From contig CAWGKP010000016.1 of assembly GCA_963823185.1 (NCBI GenBank), positions 25,070-89,069 on the forward strand: a stretch of DNA of 64,000 nucleotides, given 5' to 3'. The notes under the pieces are model-generated. The model saw only the letters and a list, made by a program, of their open reading frames with translations. It was not told the origin of the DNA and did no database searches. Position numbers and translations under genes: made by a program. This document shows, one piece after another, positions 22,797 through 32,425 of this stretch. Each line of letters opens with the position of its first letter. Position 1 is the stretch's first letter. The stretch comes from an uncultured Acidobacteriota bacterium. GTDB lineage: Bacteria; Acidobacteriota; Thermoanaerobaculia; UBA5066; Gp7-AA6.

Positions 22797-24251
22797 TTGA
22801 TCATCCGCGGCAGAGGTGGCGGCAAGAGGATTCTCGCTGACCGGTTCGGCGCTCGGCCTCGGCGAGTCTCCCGAATAGGACCCTCCTCAGGGCACGTCGT
22901 CATCCGGGCCAGGGAGGGCGGTCATGGTGACACGAGGGTTTTCCGAATTTCAAGAACCGATTGGCGGAGGCGAGAGTTTCTACGCCTCGCTGCGATTCGA
23001 TTCTTTGTCGCGCTGGTTGTATTCGCTGTTCTCCCGGCGCGGGGTCGCGCCGATCTTCTCGTCGCCAGCTTCAGCACCGGTCAGGTCCTGCGCTACGACG
23101 ACGTGACCGGAGCCTTCCAGGGAGTCTTCGCGACTGCTCTTCCGGACGATCACCCCATCGAACTGACGATCGGACCAGACGACAACCTGTACGTCGCCGT
23201 GAACAACTTCGGCGGCGCCGGTGGTTCGTTCGTCCGCCGCTTCGACGGGCGGACTGGCGCCTTCGCGGATACGTTCGCGTCCGGCGAAGGCCTCGCAGAT
23301 CTCGTCTTCGGGCCGGACGGCAATCTCTACGTTTCTAGCTTCTCGGGATCTTCCGGAAGCCACATCGTTCGCTATGACGGACAAACCGGCGCATTCATCG
23401 ACGATTTCGTTTCCGCGGCCGGTAGCGGCGGACTTTCGGGCGCCGAAGGCCTGACATTCGGGCCAGACGGGAATCTCTATGTCGCCAGTCGCAACACGAA
23501 CCAGATACTTCGGTACAACGGCTCGACGGGCGCCTTCCTCGGCGTTTTCTCGGCGACAGAAACGGAGCCGGTGGACCTCACCTTCGGACCGGATGGGAAT
23601 CTCTATGTCCTCGACCAGCCCAACGGAGATTCCGAAGTGAGACGCTTTCATGGCACGACCGGCGGTCTGATCGACGTCTTCGTGCCGCCGTTTTCCGAAA
23701 CCGCCGTATCTCTCATTTTCGGACCCGACCGTAATCTGTACATTACGACGGAATTCGAGAACTCTGTCTTGAGGGCCGATGGCACGAGCGGAGGGATGCC
23801 GCGCACCTTCGTCGCCAGCGGCAGCGGCGGCTTGAGCTTTCCGATAGGTCTCCTGTTTTCTCCGCTGCTATGCGACTACTTGGGCACCTACGGTCCTTGC
23901 GCCACGGGCGCCGGGACGCGCTGCAAGGCCGACGGTCCGCGCGAGGTCGGGAAGAGTCTCACGGCAGTGAGCGCGATCGACGTCGTGGACTGCGGTCCTG
24001 CAGACGGCGCCGCGGGGTTTCCAGTTCACCGCGGATTGCCCTTCCGGCTACTCCTATTGCGTGGAAACCCGGGACGATGGCGTCGGCAACCGGGTCAAGC
24101 TGGGAGTGATCGAGACGACGGCCGAGGCGGGGGCCATCGTCGTCAACGACGCCTCGGATGCGCTTCATTCTCCCGGCTGCGCGACGAGCGGAACGGGGAC
24201 CTGTACGCTGCGCGACGCGATCACGTTCGCGAACGCCACCGTAGTCGATAA
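22797..24251 (+). CDS. Secreted beta-propeller repeat protein (NHL/SMP-30-like repeats, motif GPDGNLYV). Start uncertain. Probably continues by frameshift into the CSLREA paralog.
   Basis: Signal/TM segment FFVALVVFAVLPARGRA, then at least 6 repeats of ...TGAF...FGPDGNLYV... The final ~70 codons of this frame are poor, while the adjacent frame (24061) carries the CSLREA domain without its own signal peptide. Confidence 0.55.
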   Translation: MIIRGRGGGKRILADRFGARPRRVSRIGPSSGHVVIRAREGGHGDTRVFRISRTDWRRREFLRLAAIRFFVALVVFAVLPARGRADLLVASFSTGQVLRYDDVTGAFQGVFATALPDDHPIELTIGPDDNLYVAVNNFGGAGGSFVRRFDGRTGAFADTFASGEGLADLVFGPDGNLYVSSFSGSSGSHIVRYDGQTGAFIDDFVSAAGSGGLSGAEGLTFGPDGNLYVASRNTNQILRYNGSTGAFLGVFSATETEPVDLTFGPDGNLYVLDQPNGDSEVRRFHGTTGGLIDVFVPPFSETAVSLIFGPDRNLYITTEFENSVLRADGTSGGMPRTFVASGSGGLSFPIGLLFSPLLCDYLGTYGPCATGAGTRCKADGPREVGKSLTAVSAIDVVDCGPADGAAGFPVHRGLPFRLLLLRGNPGRWRRQPGQAGSDRDDGRGGGHRRQRRLGCASFSRLRDERNGDLYAARRDHVRERHRSR

Positions 24252-25930
24252 GGTCCACTTCGCGATTCCCGGTTCGGGCGTCCACACGATCAAGCTCGAC
24301 TCGGACCTCCCGACGGTAACCGGGGAACTGACGATCGACGGCTACACGCAGCCCGGCTCGAGTCCCAACACGAACGGTCCGGGACTGGGCGACAACGCCG
24401 TTCTGCTCGTCGAGATCAACGGAAACGGGAAGGGATGCTTCGTGTTGGAAGGGGAGGCGAATACGATCCGCGGTCTCGTCATCAACCGCTGCGGCGGACC
24501 CGGCGTCCAAGCTCTGAACGTCTTCCAAGACAATTTCGTCGTCGGCAACTTCATTGGCGTCGATGCCGCGGGTTCCGTGGCGCTCCCGAACGATATGGGC
24601 ATGCTTGTCGGTCCTTCCGATGTCAGGAGGCTGGTGATCGGGGGAGCGACGCCCGACGCGCGCAATGTGATTTCGGGCAATCGCGGCGCTGGAGTGTCGA
24701 GCTCCGACTCCATCGGGGACGTGGTCATTCGAGGCAACTTCATCGGCACCGACATAACGGGAACCAAGGCGGTTCCGAACGGAGGGTCCGGAATCGACTT
24801 CAGCGGGAACGATATCGGTGTGGAGATCGGTGAGAACGTCGTGTCTGGGAATGCCGGCAGAGGCGTCGTGCTCGGCGCGGGCGGCGGTACCGTTTCCGCA
24901 AGCATTCACGGGAACTTCATCGGCACCGATGTCTCCGGCGTTCTTCCCCTCGGCAATCGATCGACAGGAGTCTGGCTCGAGACGAGTGGCGCGCATAGCG
25001 TGATAAGCGGAAACACGATCGCATTCAACGGAATCGGCGACCCGATCGGCGGCGGGATCGTGGCCAAAGACCAAACCGCAAATGGAGCCTATCGGGACGG
25101 ACCGACCATCCTCGGCAATTCGATCTTCGACAACACGAGCGACGGTTCCGTTGCGGACCGAGGTCTAGGAATCGATCTGGTCAGCAATACGGCAGACTAC
25201 GGGCCCGGGCCCAACGTCGATATCTGCGAAGTCGGCATCAACCCGCCTATGAATTTCCCTGTCCTCACCACCGCCGTCGCAACCGGCTCGGCCATCAGGC
25301 TCCGAGGGGTGCTCGACGGCTTCCCCACAACGGCGTACCGGATCGAGTTCTTCGCCAACCCGACCTGCGATCCATCGGGATACGGAGAAGGCAAGACATT
25401 TCTCGGATCGACGAATGTCACGCCCGAGGGCTTCGACGGAAACGCTCCCTGCAACGCAAGTTCGACGTCACGCTGCCCGTCGCCGTACCGGCCGGCCAGT
25501 CCGTCACCGCGACGGCGACCGATGTCAACAGAGCACGTCGGAGTTCTCGCCTTGCATCCCGGTTGAGGCTGCCCCGACTCCGGAAGTCGTGAATCAGTTC
25601 GTGACGCTGGTGTCACTCACGCAGACGCGTAGCCATGCGCCCGTGACCGGCGGACCGGCCGGGACGATGACGATCCGGGCGACGTTCAAGAACACGAGCT
25701 CGACGCCCATCGACACGCCCTTCTTCGTCGTCACCGAGCTGTCCGAAGGAAACGTTCTTCTCAACGCGGACGGGAGCCCGAGCGGCGTGGGAGCCAAGTT
25801 GACGCCCGACGTGGGCGCGGACAAGCTCCTTTCGCCGGGCGAGTCGTTCACGACGGAGTTCGTCGTCGGGCTGCACAATCGCCGCCGGTTTCGCTTCTTC
25901 GTCGATCTCTGGGGAGTGCCGATTCCATGA
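24061..25930 (+). pseudogene. CSLREA-motif beta-helix protein, paralog of 17186..19303, disrupted by two 1-nt deletions near 25455 and 25530
   Basis: Alignment with the paralog shows aacgcaagttcgacg where the paralog has aacgcaacgttcgacg, and caacagagcacgtcggag where it has caacaacaacacctcggag. The C-terminal domain (NQFVTLVSLTQTR...FFVDLWGVPIP) resumes in frame 25415..25930. Confidence 0.6.
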
Positions 25931-26226
25931 CGACGATCGCGGCCCGCGTTCTCGCTCGACCAGAAGCTGCGCCCCCATCCGGACGCCGTCGATACGGAGC
26001 TCGACGGCAACGAGGTCGCGTTGCTGCATCTGGAGAGCAAGAGCTACTACAGCCTCAATCTCACGGGCATGCGGATCTGGCAGGGGCTCAAGCGGGGCTT
26101 TCGCTGAGAGAGATCAGCCGTCTCCTGCAGGACGAATTTCGGGTCGATGCCGCTGCGGCGGACCGGAGCGTCCTGGAGCTGGTCGGCAAGCTCGCCGAAC
26201 AGAACCTGGTGCAGGCGGCAGAATAG
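25927..26226 (+). CDS. PqqD-family protein (RiPP recognition element / peptide chaperone), frame break near 26095
   Basis: One frame reads ...PDAVDTELDGNEVALLHLESKSYYSLNLTGMRIWQGLKRG. The next frame continues LSLREISRLLQDEFRVDAAAADRSVLELVGKLAEQNLV. Together these give the classic PqqD pattern (LN-TG--IW). A G-run at ~26095 is the likely indel site. Start codon unresolved. Confidence 0.55.
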   Translation: MTTIAARVLARPEAAPPSGRRRYGARRQRGRVAASGEQELLQPQSHGHADLAGAQAGLSLREISRLLQDEFRVDAAAADRSVLELVGKLAEQNLVQAAE

Positions 26227-26265
26227 CCGCAGGGCCGCTACGCTCCGGGTGGAGAATTCCCGGCG

Positions 26266-27430
26266 GTGAACTTGTCGCCGGAATGGCATCTCGTGTTTTC
26301 CTCCGCGCGCGCCGCGCTGATCGGCCGCGAGGGAGAAGGCCCGACCCCGGACGTCTCGAGCGCGCGGATCGACTGGCCGCGTGCCGCCGACCTCGCCTGC
26401 CAGAATCGGGTCGGGCCGCTCGTCTACTCAGCCCTCCGACGCGTCCCGCTGCCGCCCGACGCGCGGCCGGCGCTGCAGATCCTCAAGAGCGCGTACGTCG
26501 CGACGGCGGCCCGCAACGCCGTCCTGTTCCGGGAGCTCAAGTCGGTCCTCGAGGCACTCTCGGCGGAGCGCATGCCGGTCATCGTCCTGAAGGGCGCGGC
26601 GCTGGCGGAACTGGTCTATCGCCGAACGGGCACTTCGTCCGATGGCCGACATCGACCTGCTGATCCGCGAGGAGGATCTGGAGGAGGCCGAGCGCCGGCT
26701 GCGAAGCATCGGCTACGAAGCGGCACACGACCCGCAGACGAAGGAAGAACTGAGGCGGCGCCACCATCACTGGGTCTTCCGCAGTGCGCGTCCGGGCGCC
26801 GGCGACATTCCGATCGAGCTCCACTGGAATCTCGATCCGCCGGGGCGGCCGGCCGCATGGGACATCCCGGCGCTCTTCGAGCGGGCCGAGGCCGCTCGAT
26901 CGCGGGAGCCGACGCCCTCGTGCTCGGCCCGGAAGACTTCCTTCTGCACCTCTGCGTGCATCTCTGCAGGCACCGATTCAACGGGGGAGTGATCGCGCTG
27001 TGCGACATCGCCGCGGCCATCTCCGCACTATGGCGAGCCGGCTCGACTGGACCCGGTTCGAGCGGCTCGCCGCCGCGGCGGGCGCATCGGCGTACGCGTT
27101 CGTCCCTCTTCGTCTGGCCGCGGACCTGATTCGAGCCGACGTTCCCACGACCGTCCTGGCCGCGCTACGCGCAGCGGAGACGGACGACGGCGTTCTCGAT
27201 CTCGCCCGCGAGAGGATTCTCGAGGAGAAAGGGGACATCCGCGGAGCCGCGGAGCTGCTCCTTCGATGGCGGCGCCGAAGCCGTAGGGCTCGAGCGGCGG
27301 CGATCGGACGAGCGCTGTCGACCGGGGGCTCGAACTCGTTCTCTCTCACGCGTTTGGCGGGCCGCCTGCACCGCTACGCTCCCTGGCTCTGGGCCCTGGC
27401 GCGTCACCCACGCCGGGTCGCCCGTCTTGC
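26266..27430 (+). CDS. NTP_transf_5-type nucleotidyltransferase family protein (at least 3 frame breaks). 3' end approximate.
   Basis: N-terminal segment PLVYSALRRVPLP...NAVLFRELKSVLEALSAERMPVIVLKGAALAELVY, then ADIDLLIREEDLEEAERRL...IELHWNL (26642 frame), then LCDIAAAIS...RLDWTRFERLAAAAGASAYAFVPLRLAADLI (26784 frame). Confidence 0.6.
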
Positions 27431-27995
27431 CGGGCGAGAGGCCCAGAAGGCGAAGCTCGATTCCTGGTGCGCACCGCCGGCACGTCCCTACCGACTCGAC
27501 GCCGGTGATATCCTCGCCGGCGGCGGGGAAGGAGCTCCGGTTGCCGCTTTCGGAGTGCTGGCTCGCGGCTCGGGTGGGTCTCTTCGTGTGCTCGCTCCCG
27601 CTGCGTCTGCGCCGTCAAACCCTGCCGCGATTTCTCGAGCGGCTGGCCTCGTCCGGACGGCCGCCGATCGCCGGCCGCGCGATCCATCCCCGGCGAGTCG
27701 CGCAGATCGTGCGGCGCGTCTGCCTCCTCGGCATCTTCCGTGCGCCGGTTTTTCCGAAGAGTGCCTGCGCCAGTCGCTCGCCCTCTTCGCTTTCCTGTCC
27801 CGGATGGGACATCCCGTCGAGATCCACTTCGGAATCCGCAAAGAGGGAGAGGACCTGGGCGGCCACAGCTGGGTCGCCCTCGACGGACACTCTCTGGGAG
27901 AGAGGGACCCGGCAGAGGACTTCCGGACGATCTACTCGTTACGCGGCGGCCTCGGGCCGCTCCGCCCTTTCCGCGAATCGGTGAACCTCAGCTGA
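27427..27995 (+). CDS. Lasso-peptide B2-like transglutaminase-fold cysteine peptidase (leader peptidase), frame break near 27760
   Basis: N-terminal part LRLPLSECWLAARVGLFVCSLPLRLRRQTLPRFLERL...RVAQIVRRVCLLG (27427 frame), then catalytic part EECLRQSLALFAFLSRMGHPVEIHFGIRKEGEDLGGHSWVALDGHSLGE (26784 frame) with the Cys...His...Asp arrangement typical of B2 proteins. Start may be the GTG near 27502. Confidence 0.55.
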
Positions 27996-28009
27996 CCTAG
28001 GAGGGAACG

Positions 28010-28201
28010 ATGAAGAGGGACGAAGAGACGTCGGAGAAAAGCAAGCGGGAGACGGGCGCGCCTTCACGGCCTGCGGACCGGAAGGCCTGGGAGGAGCCCA
28101 AGCTCGCCTTCGTCGAACCGAAGCTGACCAAGCACGGGGATCTCGAGAAGGTCACGGGCAAGCGCAAGCGCAACGGCTTCTTCGGCGAATTCAGCCCGTA
28201 G
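28010..28201 (+). CDS. Candidate RiPP precursor peptide (63 aa): MKRDEETSEKSKRETGAPSRPADRKAWEEPKLAFVEPKLTKHGDLEKVTGKRKRNGFFGEFSP
   Basis: Strong RBS (AGGAGGGAACG-ATG). Sits between the B2-like gene and the HprK-like gene in a tight same-strand operon. Acidic/charged leader-like N-terminus; Thr-Gly junction; short basic/aromatic Cys-free C-terminus ending Ser-Pro. Confidence 0.5.
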   Translation: MKRDEETSEKSKRETGAPSRPADRKAWEEPKLAFVEPKLTKHGDLEKVTGKRKRNGFFGEFSP

Positions 28202-28228
28202 AAGAACGCCGAATCCGGGAGGTCGGCG

Positions 28229-29150
28229 ATGGCCCGTTACGCCTTTCACGATCTGACCCTGGAGGTCGAGGGCGTCGAGGAGGCGCCGCCTCACGTCGAT
28301 CTGGATCGGATTCTCGGCGAGCTGTCGTGGGAGAGAAGAGAGCCCGCCTCCGGGCCGTCGAGCTTCACCCTCTCGCTTCGTCTCGGCGAGGATCGATTCG
28401 ACCCGCCTCCAAACGGCCGCGAAGTTCTCCGACGTGATGGCTATCGGGGCTTCGAGAGCGACGACGGCTTCTACCTGACGGACGGCGCGTCCAGCCTCCG
28501 CCTCGATCCCGAGGGAGGCAGAGGCGAGGCCCGGCTCGCACCTTCGTTCTTCCGCAGGCCGTTTCTCTTCCAGCAGAACTTCTGGGTTTTCGCGCTTCTC
28601 AAGCTCCTGCGAGCGAGGGGCCTCTACGGTCTCCACGCGGCCGGCCTCGTCGCCGAGGACGGCGCGGGATGGCTCCTCGTCGGCGAGTCCGGCAGCGGCA
28701 AGTCGACGCTCTCGATCGCTCTCGTCCGCCGCGGCTGGCGCTATCTCTCCGACGACGCGGTGCTCCTTCGCGCCCGGCCGGACGGCATCGAGGCGCTCGC
28801 GCTGCGGAAGCATTTCTACGTCGTCGGAACCGAGCTCGACCATTACCCGGAGATGCCGCTCGAGGAAGAAAGGCCGGATCGCGAGCGGGGGACTTCGACG
28901 GCGGCTCGGCCTCGAGACGGCCTACCCGGCCCGGCGCGTCGCCGCCTGCATGCCTCGGGTTCTCCTCTTCCCCCGCGTGTCGGGCGAGCGACACAGCCGC
29001 CTGATTCCCCTGGATCGCGCCGGGGCGCTCGGCCGCCTGATCGGCCAGAGCAGCTCGCAGCTCTTCGACCGGGCGACGATGGCGCCGCACCTCGCGACCC
29101 TGAACGCTCTCCTGCGGCAAGCTGCGCCTACGAGCTCTCCGCCGGAATCG
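28229..29150 (+). CDS. HPr kinase/phosphorylase-like serine kinase (RiPP-associated 'HprK-related' kinase). Frame switch near 28880; C-terminal end approximate.
   Basis: RBS GGGAGG upstream of the ATG. P-loop LLVGESGSGKSTLSIAL and YLSDDAVLL are typical of the HprK C-terminal domain. The C-terminal continuation (RVLLFPRVSGERHSRLIPLDRAGALGRLIGQSSSQLFDRA) is in frame 28950..29237. Confidence 0.65.
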
Positions 29151-29212
29151 ACCTCCGGGAGGACGCGAGCCTCCTCTCGAGCCTTCTCGCCGCCGCTCGA
29201 AGGAGAAAGTCC

Positions 29213-30188
29213 GTGTCTCGCCTCGTCGTCGAGCTGACCAACCGCTGCAACCTCCGCTGCGCGCACTGCTACGGGGAGCGGCACGCGGCCACCGGCGACT
29301 TGTCGCTGGAGCTCTTCGAGAAAGTGCTGCGGGAGGCAAGAGACTGCGGCATCGACCACCTTTCGTTCACGGGCGGCGAGCCGACGATGCATCGCAGCTT
29401 CGCGGAGATCGTGCGCCGCACCGCCGAAGCGGGGTACACCTTCGGATTCGTGAGCAACGGATCCACGCTGCCGAGGATCTACCGGCCTGCTCCTTCGACA
29501 TCGCGCCGCGTTCAAGGGCGCGACGTTCAGCCTGGACGGCGCCCGCGAGGAAACGCACGACGCGTTGCGCGGAAAAGGCTCCTACCGCCAGGTGATGCGG
29601 GCGGCGACGGTCTGCGTCGCGCGGGATCTTCCGTTCACGATCAACATGGTCCTCACGGCTCGGAACCGCGGCGAGGTCGAAGAGATGGTCTCGCTGGCCG
29701 CGCGGCTGGGAAGCCGGGCGGTTCGCTTCGGCCATGTGATGCCGACGCCGGATACGGCCGCGGCCGGCCTCGATCTCAGCCCGCAGGAGCGCCGGGAGAC
29801 GGAAGCCGGGATCTGGCGCCTGCAGAAGACAGCGCCGCTGCCGGTCACGATGGGCCCGGGATACTTCAGCGAGTCGCCCTTCTTCCCGTGCGGCCCGCTG
29901 GAGCTCGAGGAGTTCAATCTCGACTACCGCGGGAATCTCACTCTCTGTTGCCAGCTCTCGGGCTACGAAGGGGGAACGGCGGGCACGGATTTGGTGGGCA
30001 ACCTGCGGGATCTCAGCCTCGGGGAGGCGTGCCGGCGGTTCCGGGCGCGGGTCGCGCTCTACCTGGCCGACAAACGGGAGCGGGTCTCCCGGGGGGAGTT
30101 CACGGAGCTCGATCACTTTCCCTGCTGGTATTGCGTCAAGTACCTGGACAAGGTGCCTCGGCTCGGGACGCTTCCTCGGCACGCCTAG
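29213..30188 (+). CDS. Radical SAM enzyme with C-terminal SPASM domain (peptide-modifying maturase), frame break near 29485
   Basis: GTG start preceded by AAGGAGAAAG. The CxxxCxxC cluster in LVVELTNRCNLRCAHCYGE is followed by the glycine-rich SAM motif FTGGEPTMH. The SPASM cysteines (CGPLE...LCCQLSG...CWYCV) are in frame 29565..30188. Confidence 0.7.
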
Positions 30189-30219
30189 GAGTTGATAGCG
30201 ATCGCCCGGCGGTCGGGCG

Positions 30220-31402
30220 TCACTCCGCCCGCAGCGCTTCGATGGGCTTCAAGCGCGAAGCCTGGCGAGCGGGGAAGAACCCGAAGAGGATCCCCACGCT
30301 CGCGGCGAAGCCGAACGCGACGGCGATGGCGGAGGGCGACAGGCCGATCGGCCACCCCTGTTTCCATGCGACGAACCGGGACGCCGCGATGCCCACGACG
30401 ATTCCGAAGATCCCGCCGCCGACGGACAGGGTCAGCGCTTCGACCAGGAACTGCGTCAGGATGTCGCGCCGGCGCGCGCCGAGCGCCCGCCGCAGACCGA
30501 TCTCGCGCGTCCGCTCGTGCACCGAGACGAGCATGATGTTCATGATCCCGATGCCGCCGACCACGAGGGAGATGGATGCCGCCGTCGCGAGGAGCAGCGA
30601 CAGCGTTCCCGACGTCTGCTCGGCCGCCTGCGAGATCTCCTGCTGCGATCGGATGATGAAGTCCGAGTCCGCTCCCGGGCGGATCCGATGCCGCTGGCGC
30701 AGAAGCGCCTCGATCTCGGCCTGAGCCGCCTCGACCGCGTCCGGGGAGACGGCCGACGCGAGGAAGGCGTCGATCTTCGTCGCGCCTTTGAGCACCCGCA
30801 TCACCGTCGTGTAAGGGGCGATCACCGTGTCGTCCTGGTCCTGTCCGGTCAGGCTGGCGCCCTTCGTCTCGAGCACGCCGACGACGCGAAAGGGAATGTT
30901 CTTGATTCGAACCATCTCGCCGACGGGGTCGCCGCTCGAACAGGGCGTTCGCGACGGTCGAGCCGAGCAGGCACACCCGGGCCGCCGATCGGACCTCCGC
31001 CTCGCCGAAGTAGTCGCCGCGCGCCGCGTTCCAGGAGCGGACGCACGCCCAGTCCACGCCGACGCCCTGGATTCTCGTGCCCCAGTTCTGGTCGCCGAAG
31101 ACGACCTGCGCGCCCGTCATCGAGAACGGGGAGACGTACGCCACCGACGGGCACTCCGCGGCCACCGCGGCCACGTCGTCTTCGGTCAGCGTCGGCTGCC
31201 CGGTGAAGATCCGCGCGCCCGACTGGGTCGCGGCGCCGGGGAGGACGAGGAGGAAGTTCGTGCCGAGGGAAGAAATCTGCGACGCGATCGCCGCCCGCGA
31301 ACCCTGGCCGATGCCGATCATCGTGAGGACGCAGGCGACTCCGATGATGATGCCGAGCGCCGTGAGCGCCGAGCGCGTCTTGTTGCGTCCGATGGCGGTC
31401 AT
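30220..31402 (-). CDS. FtsX-family (MacB/LolE-like) ABC transporter permease, frame break near 30915
   Basis: N-terminal half MTAIGRNKTRSALTALGIIIGVACV... and C-terminal half MVRIKNIPFRVVGVLETKG...LLLATAASISLVVGGIGIMNIMLVSVHERTREIGLRRALGA are in different frames. Confidence 0.7.
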
Positions 31403-31458
31403 CGCCACTCGAAACAGGATGCCGAAGCGGTGCAACGGCGTCTCCGCGGCTCTTCGTT

Positions 31459-31932
31459 CTATGCGGCCCGCACCGTGAGCACGGGGCAGGACGCGGTGGC
31501 GATGACTCTCGACGCGACGCTGCCGAGGAAAAGCCGTGCGGCACCGGTGCGGCCGTGCGTGCCGAGAATGAGCATGTCCGCACCAGTCTCGCGGGCGGCT
31601 TCGACGATGGCCTCGTCCGGCGCTCCGGAGAGCAGCAGGATTCGTCCGCGGACCCCGGCGCGCCCGGCCTCTTCGAGCAGCGTGCGCAGACGCATGCCCG
31701 CGGCCTCGGACAGCTTCGCGTCGATTTGCTCGACGGTGTCGGGCGTGAGCGCCATTTCGGCGGGCAGCGTGCCCGGTGTTCGATAGACATGAGCCAGCAC
31801 CAGCTCGGCGGCATTCTGTCGGCACACCGAAATCGCCTCTTCGAACGCCCTTCGAGAAGCCGGCGAAAAATCGGTCGCGAAAAGAATGCGTCGCAGGGTG
31901 CTCACGGCGGCTTCCTCCATCGGATTGAGCAT
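31459..31932 (-). CDS. Universal stress protein (UspA family)
   Basis: ILFATDFSPAS...LILGTHGRTG...GSVASRVIATASCPVLTV. Confidence 0.75.
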   Translation of the reverse strand: MLNPMEEAAVSTLRRILFATDFSPASRRAFEEAISVCRQNAAELVLAHVYRTPGTLPAEMALTPDTVEQIDAKLSEAAGMRLRTLLEEAGRAGVRGRILLLSGAPDEAIVEAARETGADMLILGTHGRTGAARLFLGSVASRVIATASCPVLTVRAA

Positions 31933-32036
31933 CTCCCCGAGGCTCGTGCCGGAACTGATGCATCCGAACCAGGAGCATGGCCGGGTGTAGAGTCGCGCTC
32001 CGCCGGCCTCGACGTGGGATCGAGGCCGATCTCGAT

Positions 32037-32288
32037 ATGAAGACGAAAGTCGAAGCGGAGTGCCCGAAGCGATGCGGAACGCGCGTGACGGGGGAGATCG
32101 ACACGTCCACGCGCGAGTTCATTCATCGCTTCGACTTTCCGGTCGGCGCGTGGCCGGCCGGCACGAAGCGGACGGAGGTCGAAAGGTCGCACCTGGCGAC
32201 CTTCGCTCCCGACTCGAAGGAATGGTTCGTCGTCTGCCCGGTGTGCGACGCGTCGATCCGGATCGAGCTGCCGGGGACGCCCGCTTGA
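32037..32288 (+). CDS. Small C4 zinc-ribbon-like hypothetical protein
   Basis: MKTKVEAECPKRCG...VVCPVCDASIRIEL has two CxxC pairs. Confidence 0.35.
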   Translation: MKTKVEAECPKRCGTRVTGEIDTSTREFIHRFDFPVGAWPAGTKRTEVERSHLATFAPDSKEWFVVCPVCDASIRIELPGTPA

Positions 32289-32375
32289 CTTGCGCCTCAT
32301 TTACGCCTATGGTGAGACGTCAGGCCGACGGGTCGTTCCTCAGGCCATGGAACGACCGCGATGGCTCCGTCGGCC
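32285..32375 (+). promoter_or_regulatory. Candidate lexA promoter (TTGACT-N17-TATGGT) with an inverted-repeat operator candidate immediately downstream
   Basis: -35 at 32285-32290 and -10 at 32308-32313. The inverted repeat ggccgacGGGTCGTTCC...GGAACGACCgcgatggctccgtcggcc (32323-32375) has GTTC/GAAC cores. It lies in an unusually AT-rich patch upstream of lexA. Confidence 0.35.
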
Positions 32376-32425
32376 TAATTTAATTTCGACAGGTCGAGTA
32401 ATTTCCGAATTTTATTAGGCGGAGC

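Noticed and set aside
28064-29515. Minus-strand ORFs (28064..28843, 28599..29339, 28922..29515) across the precursor/HprK/rSAM genes
   Set aside because: They are antisense to genes with clear P-loop and CxxxCxxC motifs, and have R/A/G-rich composition.
30185-32122. 645-aa minus ORF
   Set aside because: Only its middle section (the FtsX permease N-terminal half) is real. The rest is an R/G-rich read-through across usp and the rSAM gene.
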